Made by a program: the position numbers and the translations under genes. Positions 1 to 18,470 of a stretch of DNA of 64,000 nt are shown one piece after another. The DNA is taken from assembly GCA_002269645.1 (NCBI GenBank), contig NIVC01000323.1, positions 1 to 64,000 of the forward strand. The letters run 5' to 3'. Source of the DNA: Macrostomum lignano. Lineage: Eukaryota. The notes beneath the pieces were generated by a model. That model ran no database searches. It saw only the letters and a list, made by a program, of their open reading frames with translations, and was not told the DNA's origin. Within the stretch, counting starts at the first letter, position 1. Every line of letters starts with the position of its first letter.

Positions 1-768
1 GGTAGAAAGAAGGGGTGAGACAGGTGGATAGAATGGGTGAGACAGGTAGATAGAATGGGTGAGACAGGTAGATAGAAGAGTTGAAACAGGTAGATAGAAG
101 GGGTGAGACAGGTAGATAGAATGGGTGAGACAGGTAGATAAAAGGGGTGAGACAGGTAGATAGAAGGGGTGAGACAGGTAGATAGAATGGGTGGAACAGG
201 TAGATAGAATGGGTGAGAAAGGTAGATAGAAGGGGTGAGATGGGTAGATAGAAGGGGTGAGACAGATGAAGGGGTGAGACAGGTAGATAGAAGGGGTGAG
301 ACAGGTAGATAGAAGGGGTGAGACAGGTGGATAGAATGGATGAGACAGGTAGATAGAAGGGTTGAGACAGATAGATAGAAGGAGTGAGACAGGTAGATAG
401 AAGGGGTGAGACAGGTAGATAGAAGGGGTGAGACAGGTAGATAGAATGGTTGAGACAGGTAGATAGAAGGGGTGAGACAGGTGGATAGAATGGGTGAGAC
501 AGGTAGATAGAAGGGTTGAGACAGATAGATAGAAGGGGTGAGACAGGTAGATAGAATGGGTGAGACAGGTAGATAGAAGGGGTGAGACAGGTGGATAGAA
601 TGGGTGAGACAGGTAGATAGAAGGGTTGAGACAGATAGATAGAAGGGGTGAGACAGGTAGATAGAATGGGTGAGACAGGTAGATAGAAGGGGTGAGACAG
701 GTAGAAAGAAGGGGTGAGACAGGTAGATAGAAGGGGTGAGACAGGTAGCTAGAAGGGGTGAGACAGGA
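1..768. repeat. 22-bp purine-rich minisatellite (GGGTGAGACAGGTAGATAGAAG)n, runs off the window start
   Basis: About 35 direct tandem copies with point variants. Confidence 0.95.
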
Positions 769-1237
769 TGTAGCCCCAAAGAAGTAATATTTTGAATAAG
801 TAGATATTCATTTGCTAAAACAACCAAGATTTGTCTCCAATATAATCCGGTGAAAAAATACGCTACAAAATATCCATATAAAGCATTCAAACGAAATTAA
901 CGACAGCTAAATAATTAGATTTTACATCAACAGGTTAGTAAAGACTGAAACAAAAAAGTAAAAAGGAAAAAATACCTACAGGTTAGACATTGAAACCTTT
1001 CGAAAGAGATTTAACCTTTCGCTCAACTTAATTAATCATCTTAATCTTTTGGTGGCCAGCGCTACAGTATAAACAACAAATTCTTGAGCTTGTTCAGAAA
1101 TACACTCGTGATTAAATTGATTTGACAGAAGATTTCTAAAATTAAAACAAACAGCCTCTTCTAAAACGAGGAACTTTTTAGTTTTTGGCTTAAAAGTTAA
1201 TCAACCCACATGTTTGTTGAGTCAGTAGTTTTAAAGT

Positions 1238-4200
1238 TTAGTTCCGTTTCAGCAGCTCAATAATCGAATCCAGCTTGCTGTCCAACTCTTTGATTTTGCG
1301 TCGCTGCTGTCTCAGCCGAGAGGTAGTCTTTCGGTAGCGACTGTCATCGGGACCGGCGTCTGGCCCTGGCTCAACCGTTGATGTCGCCGCTCGAAGCTCG
1401 GCAGTCAGTCTCGCTTCTAGAGCTCGAAGCTTATCGTCGATAACAGCTTCCGGAACCAAATTTGAGAAAGCCTGTCGGAAGTGGCAGGCACCTGTTGCTG
1501 CTGCTCCCGAACTTGCACGCCCTGCGCCAGACTCTCTTCAACCTTGTCTAGCCGCCCTGTCAGCCTTTGAGAAGTCTCTTCCTGTCGGTCAGCCATGGCA
1601 CCCAGCCTCGAGTCGAGTTGCTCCTGCAGCGTGTCCATCAGGTTGCCAGTGTGCGCTTTCAATCCGTCGAAGTCGCTTCGATTGCGGGTCACCTCTCGGC
1701 TAAGCTGAGGCCGGCAACGCCGGAAGCGAGTGGCCTGGAACCTCAAGAAGCTGACGTACTCGTCTGGGTAGTCGCTTTCGTTAAGCCACCATTCCTGAAA
1801 CGTTTTTTGAGGTTAGGAATCGTTTTGAGTTCTTTTTTAATTTCCCGTTTAGTTCCAACAAAAATTGAATTCAATTTAGACACGTCGACATTCGATTTGA
1901 TTATACTACTTCACGCCATGTGGTTAAATTTTTTAATTAGAAAAGTCGTCTGTGCAAAGGCCAATGTCATAGGCTGTGGAAAAAGTTGCCCGTCTCTTCG
2001 GCTTACGTTAAAAACATATAAGCATTACGCCTGATATTAAGCTTTCTAGCTTGAGATATCAGCCTCGTCTTCGAGCCTTTGCATCTTAGTAAATCCCTCT
2101 TGGTATCTTGTAATCGAATGGATAGATATGGAACGGATCATACATGATATGCATGCATCAAATTCGCACTATTCCTACGAAGTTTTGAATCCCAAGACTT
2201 ACACTTTTATCGGTAGGTTGCACTCTTGCGCCTCGAACAAACCGCATGATAGGAAGAACAATCTCGCTGATGAAGGACACAGGCGGTGGCAAGGGCCCAA
2301 GGGTCTGGTACTCGCGCAGCATCTCAAAGTAGGTCCTACGCCAAATTCCCAGAGCCCGACTGTCCATTCGACTGACTCGAAGGCTGAACAACGCAATCAA
2401 CAGGTTCACCATGACGATGTTCACCAGGAAAAGGAATACAAATAACAGTAAGTTTTTGAACCACGCTAATCCCTGAGGATGCGCCACTTTGCCAATTGTT
2501 TGGTTGACCGTGGCAGACGACGGCTCCAACGAAGTAGTGTCGAAGGTAGTGAACAATAAGTTAAACGGCAGAGTAAAAACCTGTAGTATCACCTTCCAAG
2601 CGTAGCCGCTACCATTCATCTCTGAGGCTGGGGAGAAGATCACGGGAAGAGTAGATTGAAGAACAGCACACCGAAGACGTAAAATATTATCATCACAATT
2701 GCCAAAAATGGCAGGAGGTCGAGAATTAGCAGACTGCTCAGCATGGAGATGACTGGTCCAGTTCTTTCATGATAGCTGAGGAAAGCGACAGATCGAAATC
2801 CCCACAGAGTGAAAGATATAGTTAGCATCATTTGGCACGCATAAGTTGTGTTACTGTCTTCGACTACGTAGAAGATTATCCACTTCCAGAACAGTCCGAT
2901 CCATAGAAACAGGATGGCGAAGCAATCAAATAAGTTAATCGCATCCTGGAAGTACGATGGGCATCTGATTATTCGTTTATTGACATAGAAGTTTTTCAAG
3001 GCTCTGCGGCGCCAAAAATCTGCAAATTCCTGCACAGTGTAGGAGGCTGCGTACAAAGATAGCAGGATGTCCGGGATCACGGTGTAGAAAGTCATTTTGA
3101 AGTCTAGAATGTACCAGGCTGCGTAGGCCAAGAAGATGACGAAAGCGACGTGGTGAATGTAGAACTTCACTTTGGGAGTGAACGGATCAGTAAAGCGTTT
3201 TTTCTTGCCGCTGGCCTCCGTGTACTGCGGCCTCGGGTGCCAGGCTTTCCGGGCGACATTGTGCATGCAGTCAGTTTCAATTAGCTCGCTGCAGTCGGAC
3301 TCTTCCACCATGTCGAACAGGGTGATGTACTCGAAGGAGGATCTGTCTGCATTGTCAGCGCACCTGCACGGGAACATAGGTCCAGGATTTTCTCCGTTAT
3401 TGTCTCTTAGGTCGCCGCGGATGTAGTCAATCAACAGGTTCCTTTCCTCTTCGCTGGCTGACATATATAGATCGTCTAAAGCGTTAACCACTATGCAGAT
3501 AATCTTGCCCTGGAGCTCCTTTAGCTGCTCGAGCCTGCCCTGTCTCTGGGCGATTTTCGGCTTGAGATAGACCAGCAAACTAATGCAAGCCGGAATTAGT
3601 TCAAATTGGCGGGTCAGAATCAAGTCAGGCAAGATGTTCATCTTGTCGAAGAAGGCGGCAACGTCAATCACCAATAGCTCAGAGACTACGCTAAAGAGCT
3701 TTTGGTTCAAAAACTCTTCGGATTTGTCGAAGTAGCGATTACTGTCATATGTGTCAGAATTTAGCTTCTGGGCTAAGTACATCGGCAGACACCTTTCCGT
3801 GTCTGAAGTGACCAGATTCAAGCTGAAGGCACTTCTTAAGATACGTGACGAGTCCAGTTCGATAGCTCTGAGCAATACGTCCCAGTCTGTGCGGCTGACG
3901 TCTTTTTTTGCCACTGCAACCGCAGTTTCAGGCGGCTTCTCCGATAGACTCACAGCTGATCCTCGTCGTTTGCTTGGCTTGTCGTCGCAGACGCTATGGG
4001 AATCCCCTCTTGGGCCTTCCACTCTCAGCGATTCGTGGGCGATTGAGGCAATCAGCTGACGAGAATTCGATCTGTCTGGAAGCTTCAGTGCTCTTTGAGC
4101 AGGATCCACTAGGCGCCATAGATCGGTCATTGTCAGGCCTTTCTGACAATCTTCGGCAACCTCCAGCACCTCGTCGAGTTTTCCTTTCTCATAGGCATAG

Positions 4201-6137
4201 TCGATGCAGGACATGCCGCTGTGGGTCACGTTCTGCAGCAACAGACCTTGCCGAAGTAAGTATCGAATATTCGCCTTGTTGCCAGCTTCGCAGGCAAAAT
4301 GCAGACACGTGGCTCCCTTGTTGGCGTCCATGGTTACTGTTAAGCGCAGCAGGTCGGGCACCTGCAGCTCCGACAGCTTTGCCAGAGGCTTGACAATCTC
4401 GCGCAGCCGATATCGACCAGCAAAGGCGTGAATGGCGTGCAAGCCGCTGGAGTTATTGAGCAATTGCTTGAACATTTTCTTATAGGTATCAAAAGTTGCG
4501 GCTTTCATCATGATGAGTGCGAGGCACCTTTCGAGCATTGTTGTACTGTGCAGGCAGTTCTGACCTACATTGTTCTCACAGACTAGGCGAACACCCGATT
4601 TAACTAGCGTATTCATCATGGACAAGAATTCCTGAATCTCATTGTCGCTGTGTCGGTGCTTCTCGCTCTGGAACAGCGAATGCAGCAGCGTGTTTCCGTC
4701 ACCATCGACTCGAAGAATCTCCGCCGGAGCCATCTTCAGCAGGTGACTGGCAGCCGAGGCGCTGCACGAACTGACGGCCAGGTACAGAACAGTCTGTTTC
4801 TTGTTATTTTGCCAGCCGAGACACCACCAACCGACAGTTTGAGCAGCTTTGAGGACGATTTCGATCTTGCTGTCGCTGCGTACGGCTTCGTGCAAGCAGG
4901 TGTTGCCATCTTCATCGCGTAAGCTCAAACAGTCTGAATCTGCTTCTTGCACCAGCTTCTTGCAGAGCTCGGTGCTGCATGTCAACACAGCGTGGTACAG
5001 GACCGATTGCTTCTTGGCGTTCTGCCAGGTCAAACACTCGGGTCCAATAGTGTCCAAGGCGGCTGAAAGTATCTCCTCTTTGTTGTTGTCAATCATGTGC
5101 AAACAGGTGCTACCGATTTCATTGCGCAAGCTTAGCGTTTCTGAGCCAGCCAGGGCCACGAGTTTCTTGCCGACCTCGACGCTGCAAGACTCTAGGATCC
5201 GGTGCAAGACGGACTGCTTGCGATAGTTCTGCCAGCCCAGACACTCCGGTCCAGCAGCTTCAATCGCAGCAAAGATTACTGCTTCATCGCGATTGTCGGC
5301 GGCATAGTGGGCCCAAGAATTTCCTTCCTCGTCTTTTAAAGCCAGCAACTCGGAACCGGCCTGCGCCAGCAGCCGCTCTGCGGTTGCCGCATCGCAAGTG
5401 GCCATCGCCTCGCTCAGCACGGTGCGTCTTCTAGCATTCAGCCAGCCAAGGCACTGCTGGCCAATCGCTTCTAAGTAAGCGAGGAGGGCATCTTTGCTCC
5501 GGCGATTCCTGGCAGCCCAATGAGCGCAGGTGTCTCCGTTGGCGTCCTTCTGTTCGAGGACTTTTCGCTTTACCTGGCTAAACAGCGGAGCCAAGCTCTT
5601 GCCCGAGTGGTAGCGGGAGGCGAAGTGCAAAGGCGTCATCTTGGCCTTGTCCGACTCGGTCAGACTGTCAATTCCGACCAGATTAATCAGCAATTGAAGC
5701 GTTTCCTGACCTTTTGAGTGCATAGCAGCGTAGTGGATGAGAGTTCGCCTAGTGCGTTGGTCGCGTTCCAGCGTTAAGGTTGAAGTCCCGGAGCCGGCAA
5801 GCTCCGTGAGCAGCCGGTTAGCCGTCTCGAACTCAAAGCTGCGAGCCAGACGAAGCAACCGCTGCGACAGCGGCAAGGCGGGCTGCTCTCCGTCAGCGCC
5901 GAGTACTAACTCGGCTGGTTGCTGCTCGCTGGTAGCTTGATTGTCTGTCTGCTCAATAAGATCCGACTCGTCCTTCCAGTAGTCCTCGATCTCTTTGTCT
6001 TCATCGTCTTCTGAGTCATCGGCCTCTCTGTCGGACTGGACTGATGAGCCGCTGGCGTCCTCGCCCGTTAAATTGGCCTCGGATTCGTCTTCAGATTTTT
6101 CGGCGCGCTCATTTAGTTCGGATGCTTTGAGCGACAT
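1238..6137 (-). CDS. TRP-family cation channel with ~15 N-terminal ankyrin repeats and a TRPM-like transmembrane/TRP-box region; ~1,497 aa if two 1-nt frameshifts are corrected
   Basis: Exon 1 6137-2203: ankyrin motifs (TPLHFA, TCLHEA, TCLHFAC); S1-S5 helices; a frameshift at the CCC run 2644-2646 joins LLFP to VIFSPA; S6 NLLIALFS; TRP helix WRRTYFEMLREY..PLPPP. Intron 2202-1795 has a GTAAGT donor and TTTCAG acceptor, phase 0 (QPTDKS|EWWLNESDY). Exon 2 1794-1238 has a coiled-coil tail and a second frameshift at 1458-1463. Confidence 0.88.
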
Positions 6138-6483
6138 CGTTTCGCTCCTTCTGTTTAAATTGCGATGTCAAAAACGATTTCAGAAAATAATTACAGATGG
6201 CGCATGCAAGCAGAATTATCGTACATTTTTCCTAATTAGGCACGCATTAGATCTTGATTAGTATTCGCTTCCCTCTAGTAGGTTGCTAGGACTCTGGCCT
6301 TGTAGAGGCCATTGAATTTTGGTTAACAATAAGTTATTAACCAGACGCTTCGCCAACGGGGGGACAGGGGGACATGCCCCCCCCCCAGTAAAAGCTATGC
6401 CAATGCTGTCCCCCCTTCACCCCACCTTGTGACTCGTTGTGGTAATCAGTTGAGTAATTTTTTCTGGGGGCCAAACTATAGCA

Positions 6484-6650
6484 TTAGGCGCCAAAATGAG
6501 TGCCTGCGGCGCTAAAAGGAATGCCTGCAGCACCAAAATAAGAGCCTGCGGCGCTAAAATGAGTGCCTGCGGCGCTAAAATGAGTGCCTGCGGTGTCAAA
6601 AGGAGTGCCTGCGGTGTCAAAAGAGTGCCTGCGGCACCAAAATGAGCGCT
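6484..6650. repeat. 21-bp minisatellite (GGCGCTAAAATGAGTGCCTGC)n, ~8 copies
   Basis: Tandem copies; reverse complement of the array at 10181-10580. Confidence 0.9.
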
Positions 6651-7863
6651 GACAACACGATTGTCAAAATAATGGAATTGTCGGAATTTAGTCATGTAAC
6701 ATAGTGAATTCTTGGCTTTGTCCCTCACCATTGAATTCATGGCGACGCTCCTGATAGTAACAAAGCCATATGAAACCCCATGACCCCTTTTGACATTACT
6801 TAACAAAAGATTAAAAAAATGATAACATATAACAACTATTAATATTTGAAGGAGGGCTGAGGGGGCACTTTGGCTAAATTGCAGTATGAAGTTGTGTTTT
6901 ATTTAAATAATCCATTTTTTAGAGAATCAGTTCACCGGCTCAAATAAAAAATTCTCGTCGAACTTACCTATAGCACGAAAGTGCAGTGCTTCTACAAGTT
7001 CAATAGTTTTTAAACGACGTATTTGACGTCTTTAGGTGGACTTGGCTAACCTCAGCCCAATATGTTACAGCGTCTAAAATACAGTAGCTGTCGACTTCAG
7101 CGCGCAGGGACAATAGAGAAAACTCTTGTCGCTATAACAGCTGGATGAGACTATGAGAGGCGGTCAGCTTGCAATTGTTCTCCTCTTGCTATGCACAGAA
7201 ACTCTTCCCCGTACCAGCCTATAGCGATGTAGCAGCATGGCCAGATGGCGGTGAGGCAGTGAAACGCAGAGACTGCATGCCCACTGCGTGTCAGGTGGTT
7301 TATGGTTAAAAAAATAGTATAAAGAAGCTGAATGGCAAGTTTTTCTTAACCCACAGCGCTACTGACGATACACAAAAAGACTCTTCTCTACCCTAACGCC
7401 GCTTGGGCGATGCGGTCAAGAGACGAAGAATGAACGCTTTCTAATGATTGAGTACGAAAATTTGCCCTGAGTTCTCACCACCGTACAGCACCTTTTTTGA
7501 CTAATATTTGTAGAGTTCAAATTCAACCTTTTGTCTCCATCATCATGGCCTGTTCGACAGAAGAATTTACTCAGCTTGTCGGTAACTTTAAAGTACGCCT
7601 CTCGACTAAATATTTTAAGCGAATAGAAATTTCAACCCGTCAAAAATCTTTTTTCATGTCAAGTAGCCTACTAAGTACTCAATGCGGCAAATGAAAATAA
7701 AATCCTTTCTTTTAACCTCTCTCTGTCTGGAACTACAGCCATCTAACCAACTTTGAAATATTTTGGTAATTTTTTTATATTATACAGAAACTCCACTGAA
7801 ACGTAGTCGCAATCGTTTTTATATTTTTTATTTTACCGTAAAAATACAGGGCATCCTCTGATA

Positions 7864-10800
7864 TTTCTACTCACCAAAGTAGAGTAGTTCGCACGCGTCA
7901 GAAGTGGTTTAATTTGTGTCGCGGCATCAGCTAGATTGCAGTTCTGCATGCAGCACAGCACAGCGCACTGTAAATAGCGGCTCTCACAGCCTGTGCAGCC
8001 GGTGGGCCGCAGCCTGGGGGATCTGGATTTGAGCCAAAAGCAATTCCGAAGCTTACCCTAGCTGTCGCAAAAAACTGGCCGATTTATGGTTGGGAGCGGC
8101 AAGTCCCTCAGGCTAACTCGATACCCATTTTTGCACTTAATTTATCAACAATTAGGAATTGCGAGTTACATTTGATGTACCTGTGTGTTGAACATTTTAT
8201 CTTAAAGACTCTCCACTCCAATTGCTTAATATTCAATAAATTCAATAACATAGACATGTACATTTATATATCTCAGCGGCACTGCACATGTATCATGTAC
8301 ATATGATTTCAAGTTATCATTTACACTGTACATGCATACTGATAATATGACCTGCCCTAATTCAATACAATACATTGTTTTTAGTTTGCATACCTGTATT
8401 TGTCAATTTTGCTATTGAAATGAGAATTTTGACATAAACTACTGATTTCTTTGCCTATTTTCAGTAGTATGTTTGGTCCACTTTTGGCAATTTAATGATG
8501 AGAAATGCAGCCGGTTGCGCCAAGTCGCTCAGCTTCAACTCAAATAGCCGCATTGCCTGCCGCATCTGTCGGTGGGCCGCGGACCGGGGGATCTGGGCTT
8601 GAGCCAACAGCAACTCCTGATCAGTGCTTCTGGGACGGCTGGCCGATGTGGCTGGTCGGACCGGCAAATCGATGTTCTGCAGTCAGAATCAAACGCCATC
8701 ACGTCATTACTGAACTCTCTCTGCATCGAACTGGTTTTAGGGCCGCCTTTTACAGGCTTGATTGGTTTCAGACACATGAGCAGAACCGCAAATCTCGATC
8801 CTTGACTGTTTTAGATGTGAAGTTTTAGCTTGTCAAATTTTGATGTTTGGGAATAATTCATAGCATTTTCTGACAATACCATATGATGAATTACTGTATA
8901 GGTTTCTGTTTTTTCTCTTCTCAAAGTAAAAAATACATGCAGTATTATTATGCTTCTACTCACCACAGTAGAGTAGTTCGCACGCGTCAGAAGTGGTTCA
9001 ATTTGTGTCGCGACATCAGTTGGATTGCAACAGCCCAGCACAGCGCACTGTAAATAGCGGCTCTCACAGCCTGTGCAGCCGGTGGGCCGCAGCCTGGGGG
9101 ATCTGGATTTGAGCCAAAAGCAATTCCTCAGCTTTCCCTGTCGCAACAAACTGGCCGATTTCCGGTCGGGAGCGGCAAATCCCTCAGGCTAACTCGATAC
9201 CCACTTTTTGTCGTTAATTACGGTAGTGTAGGCATTTTTTATACTCGTAGAAATTAATAATACATGTGTTACTTTTACACTTTGCTATGTAAACAGTATT
9301 CACCTGAACTTCGTATCTTGATTAAGCAAATGCAGAAATTTGGTATCTATTTGAGCTGTCTCGATTTCAAATTTCTCTACCGAGGTGAGTAGTAATATAA
9401 TAATATTGCAAGCATTATCACTTTAAGAAGTGGAAAATGCAGAAACTTATGCGGTATAGTTAATCATACACAAACCTATGCGTAATAATTACTAGTATTA
9501 TTCCCGAATATTAGGATTTAACAAGCTGAAACTGAGTGTGTATATATGGTGGAAAATTTTATCCAGTTTAAGATGTATTTTGACTCATGTGCCCGAAACC
9601 TCCGCTCCCAAGCCTGATGCTGAGCGCAGAATATGAGTTTGAACCCAGAAGCCGCAGCTGCCTCACCGCGGCAACACTACGTCGACCAGCTCGGCACAAA
9701 AGCAGCAAAAGTGGGTGTCGAGTTGGACCGAGGGAGTCGTGCCGGTCCGACCAGCCGCATCGGCCAGCCGTCCCAGAAGCACTGATCAGGAGTTGCTGTT
9801 GGCTCAAGCCCAGATCCCCCGGTCCGCGGCCCACCGACAGATGCGGCAGGCAATGCGGCTACTTGAATTGACGCTGAGCGACTTGGCGCAACCGGCTGCA
9901 TTTCTCATCATTTTAAATTGCCAAAAGTGAACTAACTGTACTACTTACAGAAGGCAAAGAAGTCAGTAGTAGTTTATGCCAAATTTCTCATTTCAATAGC
10001 AAAATACACAAATACAGGTATCTTGAGGTATACAAACTGAAAACAATGTACTTAATTGAATTATTATTGAATTAGGGCAGATCAACCAATATTCATGTAC
10101 ATGTACAGTGTAAATTGTATAGCTTGAAATCATCTGTACACGATACATGTGCACTGTGCATATGCATGTATTGCATGCATCAGGGGCACTCATTTTAGCG
10201 CCACAGGCACTCAGTTTAGCGCCACGGGCACTCATTTTAGCGCCACAGGCACTCATTTTAGCGCCACAGGCACTCATTTTGGCGCCACAGGCACTCATTT
10301 TAGCGCATGCAGGCACTCAATTTAGCGCCACAGGCACTCATTTTGGCGCCACAGGCACTCATTTTAGCGCATCAGGCACTCATTTTGGCGCCGCAGGCAC
10401 TCATTTTAGCGCCACAGGCACTCATTTCAACGCTGCAGGCACTCATTTTAGCGCCACAGGCACTCATTTTAGCGCCACAGGCACTCATTTTAGCGCCACG
10501 GGCACTCATTTCAACGCTACAGGCACTCATTTTAGCGCCACAGGCACTCATTTTAGCGCCACAGGCACTCATTTTTGCACCCTAAAGCAAATGTAGAGCC
10601 TCAAGTTTGAGTTTAAAAGTTCTTCCCCTGAGAGAGTGGCGACGCCCGGCCGGCCTTGGCATGTTTTTTATTGTCGAATATTAAGCAATTGGAGTGGAGA
10701 GTCTTTAAGATAAAATGTTCAACACACAGGTACATCAAATGTAACTCGCAATTCCTAATTGTTGATAAATTAAGTGCAAAAAGTGGGTATCGAGTTAGCC

Positions 10801-11640
10801 TGAGGGATTTGCCGCTTCCGACCGGAAATCGGCCAGTTTGTTGCGACAGGGAAAGGTGAGGAATTGCTTTTGGCTCAAATCCAGATCCCCCAGGCTGCGG
10901 CCCACCAGCTGCACAGCTTGTGAGAGCCGCTATTTACAGTGCGCTGTGCTGGGCTGCTGCAATCCAACTGATGTCGCGACACAAATTAAACCACTTCTGA
11001 CGCGTGCGAACTACTCTACTGTGGTGAGTAGAAGCATAATAATACTGCATATATTTTTTACTTTAAAGAGAGAAAAAAACAGAAACCTATACAGTAATTC
11101 ATCATATGGTCAGAAAATGCTATGAGTTATTCCTAAACATCAAAATTAACGAGCTAAAATTTCACATGTATACTTAATATGTATGAGTCAAAGAGATTAG
11201 CGATTCTGCTCATATGTCTGAAACCAATCAAGCCTGTAATAAAAGGCGGCCCTAAAATAATTTTGATGCACGGACAGTTCAGTAATGACGTGATGGCGAC
11301 TGATTCTGAGCGCAGAACATCCGTTTGAACCCAGAAGCCGCAGCTGCCTCACTGGCTACCCAACATCGACCAGCTCGGCACAAAGTTTGCAGCAGCAAAA
11401 GTGGGTGTCGAGTTGGACCGAGGGAGTCGTGCCAGTCCGACCAGCCACATCGGCCAGCCGTCCCAGAAGCACTGATCAGGAGTTGCTGTTGGCTCAAGCC
11501 CAGATCCCCCGGTCCGCGGCCCACCGACGATGCGGCAGGCAATGCGTGGCTATTTGCGTTGAAGCTAGGAGCGACTTGGCGCAACCGCGCGCGCTGCTTT
11601 CTCATCAAGAAATCGCCAAAGTGCACCAACCATACTACTT
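7864..11640. repeat. Inverted segmental-duplication cassette: left arm 7864-9210, right arm 9590-11640, built from alternating paralogous modules A and B
   Basis: 8460-9210 is the reverse complement of ~10790-11640. 8280-8690 is the reverse complement of ~9740-10160. 7864-8240 is the reverse complement of ~10660-11035 and a direct copy of 8954-9210. Confidence 0.9.
10181..10654. mobile_element. MITE-like insertion carrying ~19 copies of the 21-bp unit CAGGCACTCATTTTAGCGCCA
   Basis: The array (10181-10580) plus a short unique tail is absent from the homologous junction in the left arm (8240-8290). A related inverted array lies at 6484-6650. Confidence 0.6.
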
Positions 11641-12157
11641 ACAGGAGGCAAGGGAAGCTTACTCGTTTCCTAGATGCATACTTTTAAATAAACTATTTGT
11701 TGCAAGTTTTCGGGGGTCTTACGAAAATTATTTTCATTTGCTACTCATAGTAGTTGCTTTTAAAATATTAAAGCAGAGTCTTTAATTGTTTCTTGAATGT
11801 CAAAAGTTTTAGCTTTAAATTTTATAAAATACTTTTATTATTTTCATTAGATAACAATTGTATTAAAACATAATTTTGTTGAAACGTTCTCTGCGCGCGT
11901 GTTCAATTGTCCTTATTGCAAGAATCTGTAAGGCATCGATGAACGAGCTGGGATTCATTTTCGGCTAAAGACAGCTAATACTGACTAGTATTAATCCCAC
12001 TAACATCATTCAATAAATATTAACATTTACAGAAATAAAATTCGAATAGTTTAATCTATTTATTACGCTTCTAAACAAACTTTTCATAGTTTTTATAGAC
12101 CTTTGCCCAGTTTGTTATTAGACTACAGAACTTAGAAGACTGATTAAGAACTAAACA

Positions 12158-18470
<6,313 letters not shown>

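Noticed and set aside
1567-5940. Plus-strand ORFs overlapping the TRP gene, and similar shadow ORFs over LRR, mARC and the LINEs
   Set aside because: They are antisense or alternate-frame shadows of GC-rich coding sequence.
7490-7690. Possible hAT transposase remnant on the minus strand (REAYFKVTDKLS)
   Set aside because: It is a few residues of weak resemblance interrupted by stops.
10965-11015. Hammerhead-like fragments (CTGATGT..GCGAAC) in module A
   Set aside because: The catalytic core CUGANGA/GAAA is not matched and no three-stem fold is evident.
8505-11785. Cys-rich or GGSG-type ORFs in modules A/B as a small peptide family
   Set aside because: The frames are not preserved among the copies, starts differ, and substitutions show no synonymous bias.
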